This document shows, piece by piece, positions 19,145-28,786 of a stretch of 64,000 bases of DNA; within the stretch, counting starts at the first letter, position 1, and every line of letters begins with the position of its first letter. This stretch comes from a bacterium. Lineage in GTDB: Bacteria; UBA8248. The notes under the pieces were generated by a model, which did not search any database, was not told the DNA's origin, and saw only the letters and a program-made list of their open reading frames with translations. The stretch lies in NCBI GenBank assembly GCA_965261085.1, contig OZ253442.1:2880001-2944000 (forward strand), in the 5' to 3' direction. The position numbers were made by a program, and so were the translations under genes.

Positions 19145-20029
19145 ATGAACCCCCAGCTCATCGCCGCATCCTACGCCATGTCCACCGCGGTGGTTTTCGC
19201 CACCTTCAGCGTGTTCATCAGAAAGGGCAGCGAGCACGCCAACGCGCTCACGGGCGTTTTCATCGGCATGTTCAGCTCCCTGCCCGTGATGATCGCCATC
19301 ACCTGGTATTACTGGGAGCCGGAATGGTGGAATCTCCCTGCGTTTTTCTACTTCACGCTGGCGGGGCTCACGGGGCCGGCCATGTCGCGCGTGTTCCTTT
19401 ACCTGAGCATCTCCTATCTGGGCGTCGCGCGCGCCATGCCGTTCGTCTCGCTGACTCCTTTGTTCTCCACCTCGCTCGCCATCATGTTCATCGGCGAAAG
19501 TCCGGGCGTGCTCATCCTGGCGGGCACCATCTCCATCGTGCTGGGCAGCATCACGCTCAGCTACAAGAAGCCCGAGGACACCTCCTGGCAGCGAAAACAC
19601 CTCTGGCTCGCGTTTGGGAGCGCCGTCACCGCAGCCCTCTCGTTTCTCTTTAGAAAACTCGCCTTCGCCTACGTCGCGGCCCCCATCATGGGCGCCACGC
19701 TTTCTACGCTGACGGGGTTCATCTTTCTCGTCACCTTCATCCCGTTTTTCCCGAAAGATCAAAAACCAAACCAGTTCCACGTCCCCAGGGCATGGCTCAT
19801 CTACGGCTGGTGCGGGCTGCTGAACGCATTAGGGTTTTTCCTGCATTTCACCGCCATCAGCATGGGCGATCTCTCGGTCGTGGCGCCCCTCACCTCGACG
19901 GCCCCCATCTTCAGCCTCACCATGAGCTTCTTCCTGCTCAGGCGCATGGAGCGCATCACGCCCACCATCATCATCGGCACGGCCTGCATGGTGATCGGCG
20001 CCGCCCTCATCGGCTGGCGCATCCGCTGA
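19145..20029 (+). CDS. DMT/EamA family transporter
   Basis: Two 5-TM repeats: GVARAMPFVSLTPLFS; GDLSVVAPLTSTAPIFS...ERIT. Confidence 0.88.
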   Translation: MNPQLIAASYAMSTAVVFATFSVFIRKGSEHANALTGVFIGMFSSLPVMIAITWYYWEPEWWNLPAFFYFTLAGLTGPAMSRVFLYLSISYLGVARAMPFVSLTPLFSTSLAIMFIGESPGVLILAGTISIVLGSITLSYKKPEDTSWQRKHLWLAFGSAVTAALSFLFRKLAFAYVAAPIMGATLSTLTGFIFLVTFIPFFPKDQKPNQFHVPRAWLIYGWCGLLNALGFFLHFTAISMGDLSVVAPLTSTAPIFSLTMSFFLLRRMERITPTIIIGTACMVIGAALIGWRIR

Positions 20030-20062
20030 GAAAGCGCAACGTTGAGGAAGTTATTGAAAACG

Positions 20063-20417
20063 TAGTGGCAGCCTCTCCTTGGGGCTGCCCCACAGGCCCC
20101 TGTGCCTGTCCGCGTGTTTTCTTTCTCATCGGAGCGTACCTCACCCGTAGGGGCGGTTCGCGAACCGCCCCTACCCACACAAAAAAGCGCGAACCCTTCC
20201 ACTCCGGGCAGGCTTGCCCCCAAAAGTCGTCATTCCGGCGAATGCCGGAATCTAGAACCGATGAATTTCCCGTCCGCTTGGATTCCGGCATTCGCCGGAA
20301 TGACGGTAATCTTGGATTTAGAGATCGTAGTAACAGGCTCTTTTGCCCCTCCGCATCGAACACACTGGCGAAGGACAACCACGGGGGGCAGAACAACCCA
20401 GAAGGGTTGTCCCTACG
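20063..20417. repeat. REP cluster (GTAG hairpins and a GTCATTCCGG inverted pair)
   Basis: GTAGGGGCGGTTCGCGAACCGCCCCTAC; GTCATTCCGGCGAATGCCGGAATCTAG...GGATTCCGGCATTCGCCGGAATGAC. Confidence 0.75.
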
Positions 20418-20639
20418 AAAATCCAGGACATCTGGAACCACGGGCTCATCTGCACCCCCGCTGACTGCGCCTCCCTGCGCAGACGGTGAAAAACATCGCC
20501 CAATCGCTGAAATTTCCGCTACAATGACTCGCGCGCACCGTGGGGGAGAAGGTGCGCGCGCGCGAAGGTCACCTCTCGTTCCACCCCCCTTGCGCGAATG
20601 ACGGGCGGGAGCGAAATTCAGGGAAGGAGGGGCCATTAT

Positions 20640-21869
20640 ATGCTGTTTCGATTCTCTCTATACGGCTTCCTCAAGAACCAGACCTATTTCGAGCCCTTCC
20701 TCATCCTCGCTTTTTTGGAAAAAGACCTCTCCTTCTTCCAGATAGGCATCCTCATCGGCTTCCGCGAGGTGTGCATCAATATTTTTGAGATCCCCAGCGG
20801 CGCGGTGGCCGATCTGTACGGCAGAAGACGCTCGATGATCTTCTCGTTTCTCGCCTACATCGCCTCGTTCCTCGTCTTTGGCTATTCGACTTCCTTCGCA
20901 GCCCTGTTCCTCGCCATGTTCGCCTTCGCTCTCGGCGATTCGTTCCGCACCGGGACGCACAAGGCGATGATCTTCGAGTGGCTCAGGATTCAGGGCCGCG
21001 AAAGCGAGCGCACCCAGGTCTACGGGTTCACGCGCTCGTGGTCGAAGATGGGCTCGGCCGTCTCGGTCGTGGTCGCGAGCGCGTTCATTTTCACCGGCGC
21101 GCGCTATAGCGACATCTTCCTGCTCGCCGTCATCCCCTACGCGCTAAACATCGTGAACTTCATGGGCTACCCCAAAGAACTCGAAGGCATACGCGCGGCG
21201 GATACGAAAATCCCCAGCGTCTGGGCGCATCTGAAGGACTCCATGCGCATGGCCTTTACCGACAAGCCGCTGCGCGGCATCCTGGTCGAATCGATGAGCT
21301 ATGAGGGCACCTACAAGGTCGCCAAGGACTACATCCAGCCCGTCATCAAGCAGGCCGCCCTCGGCCTGGCCCTGCTCGCCACCTGGCACCAGCAACAGCG
21401 CGTGGCCATTCTCGTGGGAGCGGTCTACTTCGTCCTGCACCTGCTCTCGAGCTTCGCCTCGCGCGGAGGCCACCGCCTCGTCGCCGCCACGGGATCCGAG
21501 GAAGCCGCCGCGAAAACGCTCTGGGGCGCCACCGCCCTCATCTACGCCACCCTCGCCTGGGGGCTCTGGACGGGTTGGGAATCGGTGGTCATCGCGGGCT
21601 TCGTCGCCCTGGCCGTCCTGCAGAATTTCTGGCGCCCCGTGCTCATCAGCCGCATCGACGCCCACAGCACGCCCGAGGCCGGCGCGACGATACTCTCCGT
21701 GGAAGCGCAGAGCAAATCTGTCCTCGCCATGGGTCTCGCCCCTCTCATCGGCCTTTGCGTGGACTTGTTCGGCCTCGTGGGGATGGGCGTCGTCGCCATG
21801 CTGCTCACGCTGCCCTTCGCCCTCACGAGCCTCGGCGGTACGCGAGAGAGAGCGGTTCACCAGCCCTAG
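20640..21869 (+). CDS. MFS transporter
   Basis: FSLYGFLKN, EIPSGAVADLYGRRRS, FRTGTHKAMI; many TM segments. Confidence 0.88.
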   Translation: MLFRFSLYGFLKNQTYFEPFLILAFLEKDLSFFQIGILIGFREVCINIFEIPSGAVADLYGRRRSMIFSFLAYIASFLVFGYSTSFAALFLAMFAFALGDSFRTGTHKAMIFEWLRIQGRESERTQVYGFTRSWSKMGSAVSVVVASAFIFTGARYSDIFLLAVIPYALNIVNFMGYPKELEGIRAADTKIPSVWAHLKDSMRMAFTDKPLRGILVESMSYEGTYKVAKDYIQPVIKQAALGLALLATWHQQQRVAILVGAVYFVLHLLSSFASRGGHRLVAATGSEEAAAKTLWGATALIYATLAWGLWTGWESVVIAGFVALAVLQNFWRPVLISRIDAHSTPEAGATILSVEAQSKSVLAMGLAPLIGLCVDLFGLVGMGVVAMLLTLPFALTSLGGTRERAVHQP

Positions 21870-22010
21870 TCGAACAAATCCACACAAATACATGGATTCA
21901 CCCGTAATGGAATGATAGAGTCGACGCAATTTCTTGAGTGGTTCGGCTCAAAACCACCGTTTGTGGGCAGAAGGCGAGTGAACGAAGGTGCGGCCCGCAA
22001 GGAGCACGTC

Positions 22011-23168
22011 GTGAGCGATGCCGAGAATCGAGAAGATTTGCAGATAACCCTCGGGGTGGAGGAGGAGTTCTTTCTCGTCGATCCCGACTCCCGCGACCTC
22101 ATCGCCGATCCCGACCCGGCCATCTTCGAAGCCTGCGAGGCCGGCATCGGGCCGCACAAGGTCACCCGGGAGGTGCTCCGCCCCCAGATCGAGACCAACA
22201 CACGGGTATGCGCTTCGGTGGCCGAGGCGCGCGAGGCGCTGCGCGAGACCCGGCGAATCGTCATCGAGGCGGCGGAGGCGCACGGAGCCGCGGTGCTCGG
22301 CTCCTCCACCCATCCCTTCGCGCAGTGGCGCGATCTGACGGTCACGCCCAAGGAGCGCTACACGCGCTTCCTGATGACGTTCCAGGAAACCATGCGCCGC
22401 ATGGTCATCGGCGGAATGCACATTCACGCGGGCTTCGGCGACCCGGAATCGCGCATCCGGATCATGACGGCCATCCGCCGTTATCTGCCCGCGATACACG
22501 CGCTCTCAACCTCCTCACCCTTCAACAGCGGACGCGACACGGGGTACAAGTCCTATCGCCTGAATCTCATCGGCAACCTTCCGCGCACCAATCTGCCACC
22601 CCCGCTGCGCTCCCGGACGGAGTACGAGGAAATCGTCTCCGAATACCAGCGAATGAATTTCATCGAAACCGGCAGCGAAATCTGGTGGGACGTCCGCCCC
22701 GCCTACGCTTTCCCGACGCTGGAGCTTCGCATCTGCGACATCTGCCCCAGGATGGAGGACGCCATCTCCATCACGGCGCTTTACGCCTCACTCCTGCGGT
22801 GGCTCATGCGACAGGACGAGGCGGGCGCGCTTCCGCCCGAACCGCTCACCGAGATCATTGCGGAAAACCGCTGGGTCGCCCATCGCTACGGCACGCTTTC
22901 TTTCTTCGGCGATGCGGCCAGCGAGAGCGGGCGGGTGGACATCGACGACTTCATGCACGAACTCGTCGAGAAACTCACGCCCGACGCCCGCGCGCTGGAA
23001 TGCGAGATGGAGCTGCGCCACACGCTCACCATCATCCGCGAGGGCAGCGGCGCGGACCGCCAGGCCGACCTCTACCGCCTCAGGCGCCTGGAGGGCGACA
23101 CGGAAGAAGAGGCGCTGCGCTGCGTGGTGGACCTGGTGCTCGCCGAAACCAAAGAGGGGGTGTTCTGA
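22011..23168 (+). CDS. Carboxylate-amine ligase (YbdK/GCS2 family)
   Basis: TLGVEEEFFLVD, QIE, THPF, GMHIH, ALSTSSPF, IWWDVRP, TLELRICD, ENRW. Confidence 0.92.
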   Translation: MSDAENREDLQITLGVEEEFFLVDPDSRDLIADPDPAIFEACEAGIGPHKVTREVLRPQIETNTRVCASVAEAREALRETRRIVIEAAEAHGAAVLGSSTHPFAQWRDLTVTPKERYTRFLMTFQETMRRMVIGGMHIHAGFGDPESRIRIMTAIRRYLPAIHALSTSSPFNSGRDTGYKSYRLNLIGNLPRTNLPPPLRSRTEYEEIVSEYQRMNFIETGSEIWWDVRPAYAFPTLELRICDICPRMEDAISITALYASLLRWLMRQDEAGALPPEPLTEIIAENRWVAHRYGTLSFFGDAASESGRVDIDDFMHELVEKLTPDARALECEMELRHTLTIIREGSGADRQADLYRLRRLEGDTEEEALRCVVDLVLAETKEGVF

Positions 23169-23296
23169 GCTTCAGCCGGGAGGAGATACACTCTTTCGAC
23201 CCGGTCGCATCCCTCACCCTAGAAACCCCGCTCGGTTTGACCATCCGAGTCAAAACAAACTAGACTGCGCTCATCCAACATTTAAGAGCGGGAGCG

Positions 23297-23827
23297 TTGC
23301 CTGTCTCCCCGCGCAAGACGGGAAAGCCAATCGTGCGAAACATCGAACGAAATCTCTCATGGCTGCTTCTGCTCGCGCTCACTTTGATGCTCACGGCCCA
23401 GATCATCGCGCGCTACGTTTTCTACACCTCCATCAACTGGATTGAAGAGTTTTCGCGCATCGTCTTCGTCTGGTTCATCTATCTTTCGATCAGTTGGATC
23501 ATAATTCAGGGCCGGCACATTCGCGTCACTGCGCTCGACATGATCCTGCCGGATTTATGGAAGTCGTCGTTCTCCATCTTCGCCGACCTCCTTTGGCTCT
23601 GCTTCAATATCATCATGACCTACTACGGCGCTCTTTTCGTCTGGAGTGAAATCGAGCATTATTCGGAAACCGACGTTCTCGAAATTCCGGAAGCGATCGT
23701 TCACGGCATCATCCCCGTCGGCTTCGCTCTCATGACGATTCGCCTCGCCTTACACATGTATCGGGTCTACGTCCTGGGCGGACCCGAGGTGCTCTACCAA
23801 ACAGAAAAGCTGGATGAAGAAGTATGA
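23297..23827 (+). CDS. dctQ: TRAP transporter small permease
   Basis: QIIARYVF, WIEEFSR, HIRV; 4 TM segments. Confidence 0.88.
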   Translation: MPVSPRKTGKPIVRNIERNLSWLLLLALTLMLTAQIIARYVFYTSINWIEEFSRIVFVWFIYLSISWIIIQGRHIRVTALDMILPDLWKSSFSIFADLLWLCFNIIMTYYGALFVWSEIEHYSETDVLEIPEAIVHGIIPVGFALMTIRLALHMYRVYVLGGPEVLYQTEKLDEEV

Positions 23828-25110
23828 ATATACCCCTCATCCTGCTCGGTTCGCTGGCCGTATTCCTGGCGTTGCGCGTACCCATCGGCATCGCCCTCGG
23901 CGCCGCGTCGGTCCTCACCTATTGGCTGACGGATTTGCCGTTGGAGAGTCTCGCCCTCTCCTACTACGACGGGCTGGATAAATTTCCATTCATCGCCGTG
24001 CCCATGTTCCTCCTGGCGGGCGCGCTCATGGAAAAAGGCGGCATCAGCAAGAGGCTGATCTCGGTGGCCGACTGCCTGGTGGGAAACGTCCGGGGCGGCC
24101 TCGCCCACGTCACCATACTCGCGTGCATGCTCTTTTCCGCCATCTCGGGCTCCGGCCCGGCCACGACGGCCGCCGTGGGGGGCATCATGATCCCCACCAT
24201 GCTCCGCCGCCATTATGACAGAAATTACTCGGGGGCAGTATCGGCATGCGGCGGCACGCTGGGAATCCTGATTCCTCCGAGCGGAGCCCTCATCGTATAC
24301 GGTGTGAGCGCGGACGAGTCCGTCACGCGCTTGTTCGTTGCGGGTTTTCTGCCCGGCATCTTGCTGGGCTGCATGCTGATGATCTGCGCGTCCTTCATGG
24401 CGCGCCACAAAACGCCGAACGAGCCGGGCGAGCCGTTCGACCTCGCTCGGACACTGCGCACGGTATGGGACTCCCGCTGGGCGCTGATGGCGCCGGTCGT
24501 GATTCTCGGCGGCATCTACGGCGGCTTTGTGACGCCGACGGAGAGCGCCGTCATCGCCGTGCTATATGGCTACGGGATCGGTGCTTTCGTGTACAAGGAA
24601 CTGAACTGGAAGACGACGCTGGACTGCTTGGAGATCGCTTCGCTCATCACCGGAACCATCGCCATCATCTGGGGGGCGTCGCTGGCTTATGGGGAGTTGA
24701 TCACCATCCACCAGATCCCCCAGATGGTCACCGCGTTCATCAAAAGCCTGACGACGTCGCCCTTCCTCATCCTCATCTTGATCAGCCTCTTTCTCACTTT
24801 CGTGGGGATGTGGCTCAACACGATGGCGCAGATCATCATCCTGACGCCGCTGTTCCTCCCCGTCGTCAAGTCCGTGGGGATAGACCCCATCCACTTCGGC
24901 ATCGTTTTCGTGGTGAATTGCGAGATCGGCTATCTTACGCCGCCATTGGGGACGAGTCTGTTCGTCGCCCTGGGCATCGCGGACACGACGCTGGGCGCCA
25001 TCGCCAAGGCCGTCCTGCCCTTCATCGCGACGATGTTCTTAGCCGTTCTCATTTTCTCGTACTTCCCCAGCATCTCCCTCATCCTGCCGAATCTGCTCTT
25101 CGGCAGATGA
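23824..25110 (+). CDS. dctM: TRAP transporter large permease
   Basis: AVPMFLLAG, AISGSGPA, GILIPPS, TPTES, DPIHFG, IGYLTPPLG. Confidence 0.93.
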   Translation: MNIPLILLGSLAVFLALRVPIGIALGAASVLTYWLTDLPLESLALSYYDGLDKFPFIAVPMFLLAGALMEKGGISKRLISVADCLVGNVRGGLAHVTILACMLFSAISGSGPATTAAVGGIMIPTMLRRHYDRNYSGAVSACGGTLGILIPPSGALIVYGVSADESVTRLFVAGFLPGILLGCMLMICASFMARHKTPNEPGEPFDLARTLRTVWDSRWALMAPVVILGGIYGGFVTPTESAVIAVLYGYGIGAFVYKELNWKTTLDCLEIASLITGTIAIIWGASLAYGELITIHQIPQMVTAFIKSLTTSPFLILILISLFLTFVGMWLNTMAQIIILTPLFLPVVKSVGIDPIHFGIVFVVNCEIGYLTPPLGTSLFVALGIADTTLGAIAKAVLPFIATMFLAVLIFSYFPSISLILPNLLFGR

Positions 25111-25135
25111 GGAGCAAACCCAAAGGAGGCAAGAC

Positions 25136-26146
25136 ATGCGACATCTGAAAAAAGGTTTCACCATGATCATGGGCGTCATTCTCATCGCGGGTCTGGTCGG
25201 CATCGCCGCTCCCCGGGCAGAGGCCGCCAAGCATGTGATGAAGTTCGCCCACAACAGCCCCCCGAAACCCGACATGCTCTACACGGCAGCCGCCACGACC
25301 TTTCAGAACTACCTGCGCATCTACACCGCTGGGGAAGCCGACGTCCAGATATTCCCCTCCTCCCAACTCGGGAAGGACAGCATCGCCGCGAAGAAGGTCC
25401 AACTCGGATCGGTGCAGATGCAGACGGTCGTGACGAACAATATCTCCCGTTTCGACCGCCGGATAGACGTCTACACGCTTCCCTTCCTCTTCAAGAGCTT
25501 CAGGAGCGCCGCCAAGGTGTTGAACAGCGACATCGGCAAGACAATCGCCGAGAACTACAGGAAGAAATCCGGCATCCGCATCCTGAGTTCCTGGCCGTGC
25601 TCATTCCGAAAAATGGCGAACAGCAAGCACCCCATCCTGAAGCCGTCCGACCTGGGCGACCTCCGCATGCGCATCGCCAAGAACCCGGTCATGGTCGAGA
25701 CCTACAAGTCATTCGGCGGGAGCACCATCGGTATGGCGCCGACCGAGGTCTTCAGCGCCCTCGCCCAGAAGGTCGTCGACGGCCAGGACGGCGGGACGAC
25801 CTGGCAGTGGTCGATGAAGTTCTACGAGGTGCAGAAGTACATGTCGGTCACCAACCATCAATTGACGGTGTGCGTGATCATCATCAACGACAAGTACTTC
25901 AACGGACTCCCCAAGGATATCCAGAAAGGCGTCCAGAAGGCTGCGACCGACAGCACGGATTGGCTGACCGGCTATTCCGAGACTCTCGATAAAGAGCTGG
26001 TCGGCAAGTTCGAAGCCAAGGGCCTCAAAATCGATCGTCCCGACCTCAAGCCCTTCGTAGATGCCGTGAAGCCGGTCTACAAGAAATTCGGCAAGAAGCT
26101 CGGCGGCATGACCCTCATCAACAAGATCCTCGACATGCAAAAATAG
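25136..26146 (+). CDS. dctP: TRAP transporter substrate-binding protein
   Basis: FPSSQLG, LPFLF, DLGDLRMR, EVFSALAQKVVDGQD, KFYEVQKY. Confidence 0.92.
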   Translation: MRHLKKGFTMIMGVILIAGLVGIAAPRAEAAKHVMKFAHNSPPKPDMLYTAAATTFQNYLRIYTAGEADVQIFPSSQLGKDSIAAKKVQLGSVQMQTVVTNNISRFDRRIDVYTLPFLFKSFRSAAKVLNSDIGKTIAENYRKKSGIRILSSWPCSFRKMANSKHPILKPSDLGDLRMRIAKNPVMVETYKSFGGSTIGMAPTEVFSALAQKVVDGQDGGTTWQWSMKFYEVQKYMSVTNHQLTVCVIIINDKYFNGLPKDIQKGVQKAATDSTDWLTGYSETLDKELVGKFEAKGLKIDRPDLKPFVDAVKPVYKKFGKKLGGMTLINKILDMQK

Positions 26147-26160
26147 CGGGAACCCCTGCG

Positions 26161-26196
26161 GCGCGCGGCGGCCCCGAGTCGCCGCGCGCTTTTTTC
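26161..26196 (+). terminator. Intrinsic terminator-like hairpin after dctP
   Basis: GCGCGCGGCG...CGCCGCGCGC followed by TTTTTT. Confidence 0.65.
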
Positions 26197-26216
26197 TCAA
26201 GAAAAGGATAAGCGCA

Positions 26217-26972
26217 ATGAGCGGTTTTGAGGGACAAAGCGCCATCGTCACGGGCGCGGCAACGGGCATCGGCGAATCCACGGCGAGAATCCTGGCCCAA
26301 AAGGGGGCTGCGGTTACCGTCATGGATTTCGACGCGGAGGGTGCTGCGGCAGTCACCGAATCCATCAACGAAAGCGGAGGTGCTGCTCACTGCGCCGTGG
26401 TCGATCTCACCGACTGGGAGGCGACCCGTACCTCAGTGAACGAGGTTTACAACCGAGCAGGCAGTATTGACGTTCTCGTACACAGCGCGGGCGGCTTTCC
26501 CCAATACGTGGGCCTGCTCGAGTGTCCCGTAGAGGCCTGGGACGGCGTGGTGAACTCGAACCTGAAATCGATGTTCTATCTCCTGAAAGCCGTCGCACCC
26601 CTCATGGTGGCGGCCAAGTACGGGCGATTTGTGACGCTTTCGAGCATGGCCGCGCGCAGCGGCGTGAACCCCAATCCGCCGCACTACACAGCCGCCAAGG
26701 CGGGGGTGCTCGGCCTCACCCGTCAGGCGGCGCGCGAACTGGGGCCGCACGGCGTCACCGTGAACGCCGTGGCCCCGGCCAACGTGCAAACGCCGAGAGG
26801 GCTCAAAATCAGAACGCCCGAGCGCATCGCGCACATCGAGAAATCATCGCCCGTGGGCAGACTCTCAGAACCCCACGAGATTGCGGAAGCCGTCGTCTTT
26901 CTTTGCAGCAAGGAGGCAAGCTACATCACCGGCGTCACGCTGGACGTGAACGGCGGCGCGACGATGGTGTGA
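26217..26972 (+). CDS. SDR family oxidoreductase
   Basis: TGAATGIG, YTAAK, GVTVNAVAP, SYITGVTLDVNGG. Confidence 0.92.
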   Translation: MSGFEGQSAIVTGAATGIGESTARILAQKGAAVTVMDFDAEGAAAVTESINESGGAAHCAVVDLTDWEATRTSVNEVYNRAGSIDVLVHSAGGFPQYVGLLECPVEAWDGVVNSNLKSMFYLLKAVAPLMVAAKYGRFVTLSSMAARSGVNPNPPHYTAAKAGVLGLTRQAARELGPHGVTVNAVAPANVQTPRGLKIRTPERIAHIEKSSPVGRLSEPHEIAEAVVFLCSKEASYITGVTLDVNGGATMV

Positions 26973-26990
26973 GGAAGGCTCATAGCGGCA

Positions 26991-27707
26991 TCATGGGACT
27001 GTGTAGAAACCGCACCCGCGCCACGGCTTCCCCGGCGGCGTATAGCAAGACATGTCGTCAATAGGAATACGTGTCTTATTCACCTTGCTTCGTAAGCGAA
27101 TGAGCTTCCCTGCTCTTTTCGCCCTGGTGGATGCTTCTCTTCTCCTTTGATTCCCCTTGATATCGTCTAACTGAATCTCGATTCTTCCTAGCCTTGCGGA
27201 TATTTTCCTCTCAAATTTCTCTTGGTCTTCTTTGTGTTCCCTCACGGCCTCAATCAATTTCAGACTCTTCTTGAGCACATTCTCCAGGTTGTTTTCTATC
27301 TCCGCCTTTGCTCGATCGATTTCAGCCGAATGGCAAAGTTTCCGGCGGAGTTCCGGATGGATACGCGAAAGGAGCATCGACCCCTGAGCGTCGTACATAG
27401 AGCTCCCTCCAAATGGATATTTCCCTTTTGCCGAATAAATTGGCTTCAACCCATTTGGAGTCGCGATTTCGGGGCATCCATCATTCAGCCATTTGGAAAG
27501 CACGGGAACGGTTTGCTTGTCCAGGGATTTTTCGTATTTCCTGTTCATTTTAGAGGTTCCTGACATTCCAGCTAAATTCCCCCAAACAGGATCGCCGATT
27601 GACTTCTCCCTTTCAGAAGTCCAGGTGAGCCCATCCCCAACCAAGCCAAAAGCGACGCCGAACACGAACACACCCAGAATGACCGAGAGCTTGAGCATAT
27701 GCCGCAT
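26991..27707 (-). CDS. Hypothetical exported/membrane-anchored protein with C-terminal coiled coil
   Basis: GAGGA RBS, hydrophobic N-terminus, heptad-like charged C-terminal half; no family recognised. Confidence 0.6.
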   Translation of the reverse strand: MRHMLKLSVILGVFVFGVAFGLVGDGLTWTSEREKSIGDPVWGNLAGMSGTSKMNRKYEKSLDKQTVPVLSKWLNDGCPEIATPNGLKPIYSAKGKYPFGGSSMYDAQGSMLLSRIHPELRRKLCHSAEIDRAKAEIENNLENVLKKSLKLIEAVREHKEDQEKFERKISARLGRIEIQLDDIKGNQRRREASTRAKRAGKLIRLRSKVNKTRIPIDDMSCYTPPGKPWRGCGFYTVP

Positions 27708-27886
27708 GATATTTCCTCCTCATTTTGAGCAAATTCCCATTATATTTCCCGACATTTGCCCTCACACAAAGCGGCAAACGCAACGGAATCAAGTCTCAGC
27801 CCTATCTATTTGTACGACGTCTGCAAGTTCCATGTGAGGAGGAAAACGCCCCACCTGCGACTGGATTGGGCTTCGGGAATGCTTCT

Positions 27887-28786
27887 CTAGGCGTTCTGGA
27901 GGGCTTGTTTCACGAGTGGCACGATTTGCGAGAATCGCTCGGCCACGAGGACGCCGGCTTCTTTCAGGAGTCTTTTCTTACCAGAAGGCGCGCCGCGGCC
28001 CCGCTCGATGAGCGCGCCGGTGTGGCTCACGCTCGCGGGCGTGGGCGAGGTCTCCCAGAATTCGCCGGGAATCATCGCCACCACGGGTTTGGTGAATCCG
28101 CCAGACGCGATGAAGCGCGCAGCCTCCTCTTCCCTGTCCGTGCCGGGTTCCCCGAACATGACGACGGCGCGCGTCTCTGGGTCTTGCTCGAACAAGGCGA
28201 GCATTTCCACGAACGCGGAGCCGATTAACAGGTCTCCGCCCAAGGCCACGTAGGTGCTCTGGCCGATACCCGCCCGCGTAAGAAACAGGCATATCTCCGC
28301 CCCCATGCCCCCGCTTCTGCTTACCACGCCCACGGGGCCGGGACGGAACATGAGGTCGGGCACCTCGCCCCCCGTGCCGCCGAGCTTCGCCTTGCCCGGA
28401 CTCACCATGCCCTGGCTGTTGGGGCCGATGACGAAGGTTCCCCGCTGCGCCGCGCGCGTGAGCAGTGCGCACGCATCGTGATGCGGCACGCCCTCAGCGA
28501 GAACGTGCACGGTGGGCACCCCCGCCTCTATGGCTTCCAGGGCAGCTTCTCGCACGAAACGCGCGGGCACGAAGAGCACGGAGAGGTCCACTTCATGGTC
28601 CTTTAAGGCGTCGGCCACGGCGCCGTATACCGGCACACCGCCGACCGACTCCCCCCCTTTTCCCGGAGACACGCCCGCGACCACGCGGGTGCCGTAGTCC
28701 GTCATGGTGGGCAGTAGACGCCTCGCCTCGCCCCCCGTGGCGCCCTGCACGAGCACCCGGGTTTCTGAGTCCAGCAGAATGCTCAA
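27887..28786 (-). CDS. ADP-forming acyl-CoA ligase alpha subunit (SucD-like)
   Basis: VLVQGATG, VAGVSPGKGG, IGPNSQG, VVSRSGG, GGD, phospho-His motif SHTGA. Confidence 0.88.
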   Translation of the reverse strand: MSILLDSETRVLVQGATGGEARRLLPTMTDYGTRVVAGVSPGKGGESVGGVPVYGAVADALKDHEVDLSVLFVPARFVREAALEAIEAGVPTVHVLAEGVPHHDACALLTRAAQRGTFVIGPNSQGMVSPGKAKLGGTGGEVPDLMFRPGPVGVVSRSGGMGAEICLFLTRAGIGQSTYVALGGDLLIGSAFVEMLALFEQDPETRAVVMFGEPGTDREEEAARFIASGGFTKPVVAMIPGEFWETSPTPASVSHTGALIERGRGAPSGKKRLLKEAGVLVAERFSQIVPLVKQALQNA

